Source of the DNA: Chara braunii
Lineage: Eukaryota; Plantae; Charophyceae
Assembly (NCBI GenBank): GCA_003427395.1
Contig: BFEA01000039.1
Location: forward strand, 2,156,371-2,220,370
DNA length: 64,000 nt
Reading direction: 5' to 3'
Under the pieces are notes generated by a model. The model saw nothing but the letters and a program-made list of their open reading frames with translations, did not search any database and was not told the DNA's origin. Below are positions 50,045 to 63,184 of this stretch, piece after piece; the first letter of the stretch is position 1, and each line of letters opens with the position of its first letter. Position numbers and translations under genes: made by a program.

Positions 50045-51772
50045 TTTCGGGCGTGGCGGGTCCGCACCCTGATGGGGAGCGCTGAACCTCACGGTCGTGT
50101 CAAGCAGCATTTATTTCTTGGAATAAAAGTAAGTCACCACTCCGACCGTGCACGCATGCTATACCTCTCACGACGCCCTGCGACAGGTCGGGACGTCGTG
50201 AGGTACAACTCACCTCTACTCGAGGGACTGTCGCCACCCTCTGGTAAGCGTATTCCTGTTGCGCTACCGGCCCACATGCGAAGGCTTTTACATGCCTTTG
50301 TAGAGGTAGGTCGACCGAGGGCGTTTTCTCGATCGCCGAAGCATAGGTATACGTGCGGTTGAACGCCTAAGACTGACCCGTAGAACGACCCGTTTACGTG
50401 TCGGGCATCGGGGTGCTGATCTCCCGGACTGACTTTCAATTCAGGTCGACTCGACTAACGATCCTAAATCCTATTCTATTTGAACTTATCCCATAAATTA
50501 TATATATTATATAAGTCATTCCAAAATAGATACATTCATGACAAATGTAGTTCAAAGGCTGAGACTGAAAAGGTAAGGAGATGTTTTTTACATTTTTACA
50601 CAAAAGAGGCAAACATAAGAATAAACAGAGTTTTGACTTTAAAAGAGAAACAATCAGCAAAACATCACAGATAAAAGTAGGTTCATGACCTGTCAAATAT
50701 GAATCAAAAATAAAAGATAGGCTCATGGTCTTTTAAAGAAACAGGATATGATTGAGTTTTTTTCGCCTTTGCCAATATTCTTAAAGGGGTGAAGGTTGGA
50801 AACACAAACCAAATGTACAAACGTTACGAGTCGACAAAATGTCTGAGTCGAGGCTCAGGTAAGCATAAGTAAATGTGAGTTGAGTGAATAGCACGTGGTT
50901 GGTCGTCTTACTGACCTGCAAACAAGTGTCAATCACATTACGCAATCCTAGCAGAGTCAACCATTCATTCACTCTCACACACATTACACTTACGCTTTCA
51001 AATCCCTTTGCCAAACATTCTCTTTTCGACTCAGTTATTCAAGGACCTTTTTTATCAAACTTAGACCCTTCAGATGCTGACTCAAAAATCAGAAATGTCA
51101 TTTAGTGCAAAGATAGATGCAAAGTGTGGGTTTAAAGGATGAGTGAAGGTTGAATTGGTAAACCAACCTGTTACCATAAGGCAACAACATGCAGTCTTGC
51201 ATAGACCATAATGAGTCTTCTTGAGTAAGAAGACCTACAAATACACACAGGTCACAAGATCTCAACACCTCCCTCACTATTGCTCTGCACGAAGTTTAGC
51301 GCTGTGAACTTCAATTTTTATCGATGGACAAAAATATAGTCTGATCAAATGTGAGTATGAAGTAAGAAGACTCCGACAGAAGCCTTCACCTCATACTTAC
51401 TCAAGCAGTAGGATAACTCAAACATGAGTATCCTACCACTTGTTTTAGTCTAACTGGTTCAGACCTAGACAGACCATGGGATTACCCGCACAGGAGTACC
51501 CCATCTTCAGTCTATCAACCTAACTATCTAAGATATGTACACACGTAGAGACGAGTAATAGGATGTTCCTAATCCTGGAGCCTTATCCTGTCACTCGTCC
51601 TACATCCATACATCAATCAATCTGCACTCACACTTGCTCTAGGCCAGCATGCGCGAAGGTGATCACGCCTCTAGCTAGGAACGAGGTTTACATGCATCTC
51701 TCTGATTGCTCTGGCAATCAGATCAGAACAAAGGTGTAGGTAATGAAACAACAACAAATAATAATAATAAAA

Positions 51773-51832
<60 letters not shown>

Positions 51833-52853
51833 CTATACATAGAAAACTAAATTACAATATCCATACGGAAGTTCTGTTAGTCATGTAACAAATAGAAAGT
51901 TCAAATGCACCAAGATTTCATTCAAATGAGAGCGATATAATGACTTCCTGAGCCAACGTTCAGAATCTTTCAGGTCACATCCTTGCGGTATTCGATGCCT
52001 CTCTTTTCTACCTAGCGGGTTGTAGTCCACCTATGGCTGCAAGCGCCCTGTTGTACTAGTGCCCTCGTTGTACTATTGCGCCCCACTGTACGGCTGTGCC
52101 TCACACCACTTCAACACCACCGAGCGCACCCCAAGCCAGCTTGCGCACGCACAGATACTTGCGCAGCGTTGCAGCAGCGTGTCTGCTTTGCTTGCCTAGG
52201 TTAGAATGCCTTGGACTGGCTGGCTCCCTCCNNNNNNNNNNNNNNNNNNNNNNNNNNNNNNNNNNNNNNNNNNNNNNNNNNNNNNNNNNNNNNNNNNNNN
52301 NNNNNNNNNNNNNNNNNNNNNNNNNNNNNNNNNNNNNNNNNNNNNNNNNNNNNNNNNNNNNNNNNNNNNNNNNNNNNNNNNNNNNNNNNNNNNNNNNNNN
52401 NAGTGCTTGCGCCCAGGCCCATGTTTAAAGTTGATGGCTCCGGCCCCATTGTAGTTGGGCACTCTTAGATCTACTCAGACTCTGAACGCTTACTATGTTT
52501 GCATTTGGAACCGTGGGGCGGATGTGACGACAAAGCTGCATTCTTATTGGCCCATGGCCTGTTCGTGGTGTGTCGGCTCCACACTGCATGTGCCCAGGGC
52601 ATGACAACCCACGTCCCGGGCTCAGCTGCCTGACGCAACTGCAACTTCTGGAAGAGCCCAGGGTGAGGCCAGGCTGTTATTCAACCTACTAGAGTGCAGC
52701 AACTATCTGAGACCCACCTCTGGGGACATTGCGACAAACCCTTCTCGTGGATACTCAGGCCCGCCTTCACTTAGGGCGGCACGAGGTCTGCTGAGGGCCG
52801 CAGCTCAGAACACGTGCATGTCTGATAAGGGTCCGCGAGGGCTCATCCCTTGC

Positions 52854-52923
<70 letters not shown>

Positions 52924-53927
52924 GTCTGTAGCACTCTGGGTCGACAGTCGGCAAAGACTAGGTAAGTTTCCTTCTTCTCTTTCTGTCCGTCTCTCCCCTC
53001 CTTCCCTTTCTGTCACTTTCTCTGTGATTGTCTGTCTGTCTGTCCGTCTGTCTATCTCTACGTTTGTCTGTGTCTGTATGTCCGTGTCTCTGTGTTTTTT
53101 CTGTGTGCACGTACCCAGACAGCTGCAGGATCAAGGAGAAGTCTGCAACTGTACACAATTCAAGCCCCCGGTTGTGAGTCAATCTGTACGACTGTGGGAG
53201 GGGATCTGAGACCAGTCAGCCTTGTCGACCGCTGCATAAGGTTAGCCTCCGGGTGATCAACATTCATTCTTATTATGCTGCCTTGACGCCGACTTGACGC
53301 TAGCCATGCACGAACGACGCGGGACTGTGGTAGCAGGCTGGCGCAGTCTATTCCGTGTGCCAGGCATTGCTGGCATGGCGCCACCAGCTGTCTACAGCGC
53401 TCCTGCGGTGCAGGCCACCTGTCGACGTTGCTGATGTGGCGCAGGTCACCTGTCGTCATTGCTGATGTGGCGCAGACCACTTGTCTGCACTGTTGATGTG
53501 GTGATGTCATCGGTCTACGTTGCTGATGTCGTACCGGTCATCCATCTCTGCAGCTGTGGCACTGGCGCATGCCTCCTGTTGACGCGGTATTGGCCACGAT
53601 GTCTACATGATGATGCAGCGCAAACCACTCGTATCTGCTGCGGAGGCACTGCCGCCGGTTTTACTGCCGACGTGGCACTGACCGCGCTGTCTACTCTCCC
53701 TCCACTCTCTCCGTTTATGGATAGCGAGATGTCGTATCAGATATCACCTTCACTGTTACTGAAGACATTGCGCAGATCTAAGTGTACTGGNCTCCCTCCA
53801 CTCTCTCCGTTTATGGATAGCGAGATGTCGTATCAGATATCACCTTCACTGTTACTGAAGACATTGCGCAGATCTAAGTGTACTGGTACAATGATGTCTA
53901 ACGAGTCTTTCTGTTTAGTTTCATTAC

Positions 53928-53994
<67 letters not shown>

Positions 53995-54445
53995 TAAGGA
54001 ATACGAGTGTGAACGTTATACAGAAAACCAAATTGCGAAATCACACAGATGTCCACAAGGTCGTGTCCAAACAGAGAGAGTACAAAAGCATTGNGAACCC
54101 ATCCATATAGAGCAATACAATGAAGTAATGAGCCAATGCTCAAGCCCATAGGCCATACCAACACAGTATCCAAAGTCGCTCCTCTTTGTCTGGTGCCCAG
54201 TGCCCTGCCTGCTNTACACGCCTATCCTACGTACANCTGGTCCACGCAACAGGCTCACTTCGACCCTCGTAGACCAATGTGACTGTCAAAACCATAGCCG
54301 ACTCCTCTTCATGTACCAGGTACGTATCTCGTCACCCTCAATCAGACCTTGAATAACCCACTCTCGCCTCCTTCCCTGAAGACCACCAGATCACCCTTAT
54401 CATATTACAACTAGGATTAAAACATAATAGTAGTAATAATAACAA

Positions 54446-54542
<97 letters not shown>

Positions 54543-56163
54543 TAATCAGACTCGCTTTCTTTTCCACTCCCCATACATACAAACAAATGGTGATTCACCC
54601 TGGCGCACTGCGCCCACTCAAAGCTCATAGATATGGACCCAAGAACACAGTTCAGACGCCAACTCGCTTCAACAGGCTGTGACGCAACAGCGCCTTAACA
54701 TCCCAATTCTCTTCACTGTGTCCAACACCACTGTTCGCATACACCCAACTCTGGATCACCCTGAATACTCCACACACACTCACTCTGCATCTCACACACA
54801 CACATACACTTAGTAACTCTAACACTACAGCGACTATGGCCACACTATTAAAGCAAGCTCATACACACACTCACACACAAATGTACGTACATACACACAC
54901 ATACATACAGACACATACATATACACACACACATACGTACACGCTCACACACATACGGGCGAGCACACACACAATCACGCACACACACACATACATGCAG
55001 TGGTAGTGTAGAATCTGTGTTTAGTGGTAGGCGCATTCGATCTGCTTATCCTACCGATGAAAGTAGAGCGAGGCTAGTCGCGGGTCATCACTCGTCATCA
55101 CAGTTCGATGCCACCTCACAACCGGGGGACCACCCAAAGTGTGTGTAGAGAGTGTCTCGTACTCAAGTACAAGGTCCTAACCCACGCCCGGAACGTCGCC
55201 ATCATCGACTGAGGAGGTACGTATCTCTCCTCCCCTTTCCTCCTTCTTCTCCTTCTTCTCCTTCTTCTTCTTCTCCTTCTTCTTCTTCTCCTTCTTCTTC
55301 CGCTTTCTTCTTCCTCCCCACTTTTCTCCTTCTTCTTCTACCCCTCCTTCTTGCGCATCCTTTTTCCACACAATCACCTTCCTTCCTCTGCACACCTCCT
55401 CCTGTCGCATACCGTAATGGTACAGACCATAACAAGAACCGACCTCTCTCACATAGTTCAGGATAGCACAACGGAAGGCTAATATACCAATGATAAACTC
55501 AATCAATGTCGCAATGCAAACCAAANNNNNNNNNNNNNNNNNNNNNNNNNNNNNNNNNNNNNNNNNNNNNNNNNNNNNNNNNNNNNNNNNNNNNNNNNNN
55601 NNNNNNNNNNNNNNNNNNNNNNNNNNNNNNNNNNNNNNNNNNNNNNNNNNNNNNNNNNNNNNNNNNNNNNNNNNNNNNNNNNNNNNNNNNNNNNNNNNNN
55701 NNNNNNNNNNNNNNNNNNNNNNNNNNNNNNNNNNNNNNNNNNNNNNNNNNNNNNNNNNNNNNNNNNNNNNNNNNNNNNNNNNNNNNNNNNNNNNNNNNNN
55801 NNNNNNNNNNNNNNNNNNNNNNNNNNNNNNNNNNNNNNNNNNNNNNNNNNNNNNNNNNNNNNNNNNNNNNNNNNNNNNNNNNNNNNNNNNNNNNNNNNNN
55901 NNNNNNNNNNNNNNNNNNNNNNNNNNNNNNNNNNNNNNNNNNNNNNNNNNNNNNNNNNNNNNNNNNNNNNNNNNNNNNNNNNNNNNNNNNNNNNNNNNNN
56001 NNNNNNNNNNNNNNNNNNNNNNNNNNNNNNNNNNNNNNNNNNNNNNNNNNNNNNNNNNNNNNNNNNNNNNNNNNNNNNNNNNNNNNNNNNNNNNNNNNNN
56101 NNNNNNNNNNNNNNNNNNNNNNNNNNNNNNNNNNNNNNNNNNNNNNNNNNNNNNNATCCCTTC

Positions 56164-56238
<75 letters not shown>

Positions 56239-57028
56239 ATACTCACACAAATACACACACATACACACACACACACACACATATTCACATACGCAAGTGT
56301 GGTAATGTACCTACCAATATTTAGTGGTAGATTCATTTGATTTTATTTTTATTTTTATTTTATTTTTATATTTACTCATTTTATTGATGGGAGTTCCATG
56401 AGATCGACTGCGAGATACACACCCACACACTCACACACACAAACACACACACACACACACACACACATCTGCTCGAGCACAACCAAGCAAACAAGTGTAG
56501 CTGTGTATACTTCCATATTCTAGTGAAAGATTCATTCGATTTTGTTAGTTTTTCTTGATGGAAGTGCCTTGAGATCCATCGTGCGATTCGCACGCACACA
56601 CTCACACACAAGCTTACGTACACATATCCACAATCGCACTCACACACACACAAACACATGCATGGTAGAGAACGTTTTGACGTTCTAGCCAAAGATTCGA
56701 TCGGTTTCGTTCATCCTTCGATGGAAGCTGTGCAAGGTCGTAGCTGTTGAAGATCCATACGATTTGCTCGTCCCTCCAATGGAAAACTCTCTCTTACATT
56801 CTGCGCGTGTGTGTGTTCACCTGCTTCCTCCCTCTCTCTGTCTAGTTGTGTGTGTTTGCATGTGTGAGCAAGGTCGAAGAGCCAGCGGCGGTTGTCGTTG
56901 CCATCAGGCGGGAATGGGAGGGTGGAAGTCAAAGAACCACCGATGCCAACCATCGCCATCAACGGGGGGATGATTGTGCGTCCCAAACGAAAGGGGAATG
57001 GTTTCTCTGTTGGCGATGTGACATTCCT

Positions 57029-57091
<63 letters not shown>

Positions 57092-58917
57092 GCGTGTAGT
57101 AGTGTATCTACCCATGTTTAGAGGTAGATTCATTCAATTTTTGTTGATCGTATCGATGGAAGTAGAGTAAGTTCAGTCACGGGTCTTACGTGTTGTTTTC
57201 TCCTTTCGTCCTTCTTGTCGCCGTCATTATCATTAGCGTCATCATCGTCGTCGTCAGTTAACCGCTCAAGACTCTTCACCGGACCATTCAATCGGTGGAG
57301 GTGACGAACGGTATGTACAAGGTAACAAGGGTAGTTATGTAGTCATCACGAGTTGATGAAACGTGTTCACTAGGCCTTCCCCGATCAAGATCGATAGTTA
57401 CATCAATCTATCCCCGTACCGATGAACCTTAAGAAGTTTACCCGGGCTTTTAGGACTAGGCAAACGTCTTGGTGGATTCATCGATGTAGTGTACGTGCGC
57501 CCAGGTAAGGGATCTCGCTCTCTTTTTTCCCTCTTTTCTTCTTCTTCTACTTCTTCCTCCTTTTTATCCTTTTTCTCCTTCTTCTCTTCCTTCTCCTACT
57601 ACTCCTCCCATTCTCTCTCCTACTGTCTTTCCCTGCGTGATCCTACCTCGTCGCTTTCACTGCGCGGCCAGTTTTTCCACTTGTCTGCTTGCGCTATCGC
57701 TCTGCGCTCGCTCGCTTGCTTTCCCCATCACAATGACCCTTCTTCACATTTCCCCTGCTTGTGCGTTGCTACGCACTCACTCGTGTTGTTCGTCAAGCGT
57801 TCAGCCCGACCGTGCGGACCACAGTCGCGTGTTGCTGTGTTCAGAGTCGAGCAGATTTCGTAGAAACGAATCTGCCCGACTTTCCAATGCAGATGCGCAA
57901 GGTGAATCTGTGGAAAGTAACTACGGAGCTGGTGGGAAGACGAGGTAGTAAGAAAAATAAAATAAAAAAAACGAATCTAACTGATTACGAAAAATAAATA
58001 ACAAATCTACTAACTAACTACACACTTGTGCCAAGTGTCGAATCCCTGCTACAGTCGGTTCCAACTACTCAACTAATTCTAACTATCTTTACCACGGAGG
58101 TCGCGGGTTCAAGTCCCCGCTAGTCATTCGCGGGTGAAAACGGAAGTAAATCTCCTTGCAAAAAGAAGCTAACTCAAGGTCGAGGCAGATTTGATCCTTG
58201 CGTCTCTACCTTGACAATCTTCCCCTTTAACCTACTGAGCTAACTCCTACCTTGAGTAAAAGAGGAGCAACTCTTGTATATGTATAAGAGTGGGGCTCAG
58301 CCTGCCTAGTGGCCTGAGCCCGTTTCCAAGTCTGCGTGCTCGTACGCTTGCCGGCCTGAGTGCTTGTCAGCGTACGTGTCGGCTTGCATGTGTGTGCAAC
58401 CCGTCAGGGTACTTGGTTAATTGGAAGGCCCGAAGGACCGGTACTTGGTCGTGGCCGCGACATTGAGGGTTGTGGCGGGAAAAACACTCAAGTGGCGGGT
58501 AGGTCGGTACCACACCAAGCAGAGATAGATGTGGGGCCGAGCAGAAGAAGACAAAAATTAGCATTTTTAGAGGCCCAGTACCGGTAGGTAGACAGGTACC
58601 AACCCAAATCTCAGTGCGTGTCGTAGTCGTACCCGAAGCAACACTAATCTAATCAACCCTTCGACCTTCTCGGTCGGAGGGTATTACTACTGTTCATAAC
58701 CATCTCAACGCGCGTCATAACAATGCGCGCGCATACTCTCGAAATTTTCTCAACGATTCGCCCCGACCTCAATGGCCGAGGAAATCGTTTAAAGTGTCAC
58801 GCCAAAGCGTGCACACCCTTTCCATTCCAGACCGACCCTGTCACGGTAGCTGATGCTGTAGTTGTCTCAATTGCAAAAGCATGCCCAAATACCCTTGTAA
58901 GGGTATTTGGTCCGACA
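50045..58917 (-). mobile_element. 5' LTR E (subfamily 2, ~8.9 kb including gaps)
   Basis: Direct repeat of D; ends ...GGGTATTTGGTCCGACA on +; adjacent to the PBS. Confidence 0.87.
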
Positions 58918-59111
58918 ACGTTGGATCAAAACAAAAAAAGTCAAAAAAAAAAAACCCTCATAAAATTTGACCCCCAAACCACCTATAAATCCTGAAATGG
59001 CATAAAGTATCTTTAGGTCATTCTAGTGATTTCATACCTCTCCTAACAGACTTCAGGATCTTTCATTCTGAAATTTCGGGAGGTCGTTAACCACTTGTGG
59101 TAGTAGTGAGA

Positions 59112-62017
59112 TGGAAACATGGACCAAAGGCAACGAGGATAAGGGGAAGTGTGACTTGGATCAAGGAGGAGAGAAATCTGTTGTGGGTTTGCATACATGT
59201 TCCGTGCTGGACATTAAGGAAGGAGTGAAGGAGGGGAAAGACAAGAGACAACCCAAGAAAGGAGCCACAAGGAAAAGAAATGGTTGGGCCAATGGGGGTG
59301 GAAGGCATGCTTAGGGGTAAAGGAGAAGGAGGAGACTCCTCCTTATCACCACGACCCCAGCCCCCCCTTCTAGAACGTCCAGATGATGGGCTTGTAGGAA
59401 AGAGAAAGAAGTTGAGACACGTCCTTGAAAAAGGTTAGTGGTTTCAGTCCCTAACCAAAATAGGGGTAATGCCATAATGATTGTCGCGATGAGGAAAAAG
59501 GAGGGGTGGTGGGAGGGGGGCCTAGCGGATCCGCCAAATCCTCATTATGGCGGCGTTACCTTACAAGGATGGCCCCCCAATGTTCCATTATGACCGTCGA
59601 TAGAGGAAGGGGTCTTCCAGTCGGAAATGCGAGAGTTTTTGGATAGAACCTTTCAACCAAGGGCAATGTCGACAAGGATAGTACCTGTTCGTGATGTTCG
59701 AGCCAGACAAGGAAGCGAGTCTGAGGTGGTTCTCACAAAATGCGATATTGGACCTTCAAATCTTGAAAATTAAAGGCAGTGGAAGTTGGACGGAGGATAA
59801 CGTCAAGATGACACTGCAAGGATCTAGAAGAAGGGGTACTTATAAACGGCGGGAGCAAAAGAAATAGGTTGGCATCTGATGGAATGAGAAACACTATGAG
59901 GGAGATGAGAGAGACAAAGAGAAAAAGTGGAAAATGGACTTGACAAAGATCCTATATGGGAAAGACAAACAATGGGTAACAGGTACAAGGGAGGCCGATT
60001 TGGATCTACGTTTCTTGAGTGTAAATGGTCTGGAATCAGCCCCATCCCAGAAAAAACAGGCGATATGGGAACAATTAAGAGGGGTAGAGGGGAGAGACTG
60101 GTCAGACGGCATCTGCATTCAAGAGACCCACCTTATGAACACAACATAACACCACCAAGCACATAAGGAGATCTGACCCTTCCAAGCCTTCCGGACGCAC
60201 GCAGTACGGCCCGGAAGTGCAGGGGTGGCCATTTGGGTCCCCCCCAACTCAAGAATTGAACCTCAACCTGGGAAGGGGACCAAGAGGAGGGGAGGTGGGT
60301 ATCAATTATAAGAATGTTGGAGCGGGAAGTCGTGCAGATACTATGTATATATGGACCAAATGAGGTGGGAGCCGGGAGGACCTTCTTCGAGGATATCCAA
60401 AACAAGATCCATAACGGAATTCCAGCTATTCTGACATGAGATTTTAGCGCGGCCCCGGATCCCCAGTTGGACAAATGGAGGCTACCTTCCCCATGCCCAA
60501 CATATGTAGAGGTGGACGAACAAATTATCAGAAATTTATGTGGGGTGCTGGACTTGTTTGACCCTTTCCGTAAACTATTCCCAAATTGGCATACTTTCTT
60601 GTGCTTCAGAAAGAATGATTCAGATAGAGTATCGAGATCAATAATCGACCTGATATTGATACCGCACGACCTGGAAGGGGCCGTGCAGATAGCGGAGGTA
60701 TTCCCACAAAGCGTGTTCCCTGGTCTTGACCATGCAATGTGTGCTGTTAGACTCTCTTTTAGAAAATGGCCAAACTAGGAGCTGAGATTCTATAAACTCA
60801 ACACGTCCCTACTAACAAGAAAATGATTTCAAAACTTCATACATGATGTATGGCAGTATTGGAAATCACATAGAGAGACACTTCATAATGACATCACGTG
60901 GTTTAATAAGGGATTGGCTTTTGTAGCCAAAAAATCTGGTGAATTCGCTAAAACACTCACTGCGTAGAGATATGCGGAAAAAATGGAATTACGACAACAA
61001 CTTTGTCAGCTTAAACAACAGCAGGAACAAAACGAAGGAACGAAAGGGAGTGAAATTACAACTGCCATAGAGGAGACAGAGACTCGATTGCTCTCATACA
61101 TGGAACACAGATGGCAAGGGGTACGAATCAAAAGGAAGCTACACAAGTATAAAACAGAAGGAAAGATGAATTCCTGGTTCGTCGCCTTGTCTAAGCTAAG
61201 GATAGGAAGGTCCACCATGGAAGCATTGTATGATCCGGCACAACCTCAGGGCCATGTGGCTACTTCGATGCCCCATTGCGTCCAGATAGCAAGAGGTTTT
61301 TTTCAAGACCTTTTTAGGTCACGAACAAAGGATAGACCGTATGAACGAAGAAAGATAGAAATAAAGAACTTTTTGGCGCCTCTGCAGAATTCGCTTTCGG
61401 ACCAGCCAAGGGCAGCCCTTGAGATGTTGTTGTCCAAAGAGGAGGTATGGTCGGCATTGATGCTGATGGAGGAGGAGAAAACCCCGGAGATAGATGGTCT
61501 CCCCAAAGAGTTCCGGGAGACCATGTGGAGTACAATAACACAAGATCTTATGGATTATTATCATACGGTGTGGATCACGGGTCAGATGGGGGAATTGGTG
61601 GGGCAATGGATTCTGACCTTATTGCATAAGAAAGAAAATAAAATGAACAAAAGGAACTGTAGGTCAATCACCTTGCTGCCGGTGGTCTACAAGATGGTAG
61701 GAAAAACCCTGGCTAATCACCTTGCTAGGGTAATGGAGGACATCATCCACCCAACACAGAATAGATTCATCAAATGTCGTAAGATCCAGAACAACATTTT
61801 GCTTGGCCATGAGGTCATCAAATTGTCACAACAATCTAATCACAATGCTGCCATGATCTATGTAGATTTAAAAAAAACATATTATCGTGTGGATTGATTC
61901 CTCCTGGATAAGTGTATGGAGAAGATGAACTTTGGGCCGACCTTTAGAAGGTGGATTGAGATCCTGCATCAAAACGCTCCAACGACGATCCACGTGAATA
62001 GCAGATTGCCCCCTGCC
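59112..62017 (+). mobile_element. L1-clade LINE, 3' part (ORF1 end, APE endonuclease, RT N-half), truncated
   Basis: APE motifs FLSVNGL, CIQETH, GVAI, YGPN, IDLIL, DH (60004-60778) and RT motifs to ~62015. Confidence 0.88.
60983..61897 (+). pseudogene. LINE ORF2 reverse transcriptase remnant
   Basis: KTPEIDGLPKEF, RSITLLPVVYK, IHPTQNRFI, VDLKKTYYRVD. Premature stop; the YADD region is missing because of truncation. Confidence 0.88.
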
Positions 62018-62362
62018 TAGTATGTGACACCCGCGGCCTAGGCCGCGGACAATTCGGCCGCAACCTAGGCTGTCATGCCTAGTTTGCGGCCCGATATTTT
62101 GGATATTTTTTAAGGGGTTAAAAAATAACTAAAAAAAGAGAGATTGTAGGGTTTTGAAAACCCTACCCCCCCCCCCTTTTTTTTTTGAATTTGATTTAAT
62201 TTAGGATTTATAAAAAATAAAAAATAAAAGTCGATTAAAATAAATAAATAAATAAAAATAAAAGAAAAACATGATTTTTTTTTTTAATTTTTTTTTTTGT
62301 GACTGATATGGAGTCGGAGTTCGAAAATTTTTGCCAAGGTAATTGTTTTTTTTCCCCCCCAT

Positions 62363-62422
<60 letters not shown>
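62018..62422. mobile_element. End of a palindrome-rich non-autonomous DNA element truncating the LINE
   Basis: Abrupt end of RT homology; perfect palindrome CCGCGGCCTAGGCCGCGG at 62031-62048; AT/poly-T interior. The other end is not visible (gap). Confidence 0.4.
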
Positions 62423-63130
62423 NNNNNNNNNNNNNNNNNNNNNNNNNNNNNNNNNNNNNNNNNNNNNNNNNNNNNNNNNNNNNNNNNNNNNNNNNNNNNN
62501 NNNNNNNNNNNNNNNNNNNNNNNNNNNNNNNNNNNNNNNNNNNNNNNNNNNNNNNNNNNNNNNNNNNNNNNNNNNNNNNNNNNNNNNNNNNNNNNNNNNN
62601 NNNNNNNNNNNNNNNNNNNNNNNNNNNNNNNNNNNNNNNNNNNNNNNNNNNNNNNNNNNNNNNNNNNNNNNNNNNNNNNNNNNNNNNNNNNNNNNNNNNN
62701 NNNNNNNNNNNNNNNNNNNNNNNNNNNNNNNNNNNNNNNNNNNNNNNNNNNNNNNNNNNNNNNNNNNNNNNNNNNNNNNNNNNNNNNNNNNNNNNNNNNN
62801 NNNNNNNNNNNNNNNNNNNNNNNNNNNNNNNNNNNNNNNNNNNNNNNNNNNNNNNNNNNNNNNNNNNNNNNNNNNNNNNNNNNNNNNNAAACAAGAGGTA
62901 ATGCACACTAAGAAGACGTACGAGGCACATAAACGACACGCAACAACAAAACGCATAGGCTGGGGGGCACGGGGGAGCCAGGCGAGCACAAAAACACGAT
63001 AGGACGAGGCATAGACAGACTTAGACATTGAGCTGAGAAACAAGTAGACCGACGGAAACAAGCAAACCGAAAAAAATACAAGTCCCAAGAAAGTCGAAGG
63101 ACCGAAAAAAATAGAAACTGATGATAACAA

Positions 63131-63184
63131 GATTGTTTCGTCGGAACTGCACCCACTCATCAGGAGGCTGAACCCTCGACAATC
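63131..63184 (-). ncRNA. Type III hammerhead ribozyme (GUC cleavage triplet)
   Basis: Minus strand reads GATTG-TC-GAGG gttcag CCTC-CTGATGA-GTGGG tgcagtt CCGAC-GAAA-CAATC; one mismatch in stem II. Confidence 0.88.

Larger units (their letters stand above)
26444..58917 (-). mobile_element. Non-autonomous giant-LTR retroelement (LARD-like; Athila-type PBS), ~25 kb plus nested LTR C
   Basis: Direct repeats 26444-42304 and 50045-58917 (roughly 90% identical by eye). PBS next to the 5' LTR; internal region without gag/pol; possible 4-bp TSD ATGT/ACGT. Confidence 0.85.

Noticed and set aside
53693-53887. ~97-bp tandem duplication in LTR E
   Set aside because: The copies are identical, separated by a single N and absent from D; likely an assembly artefact.
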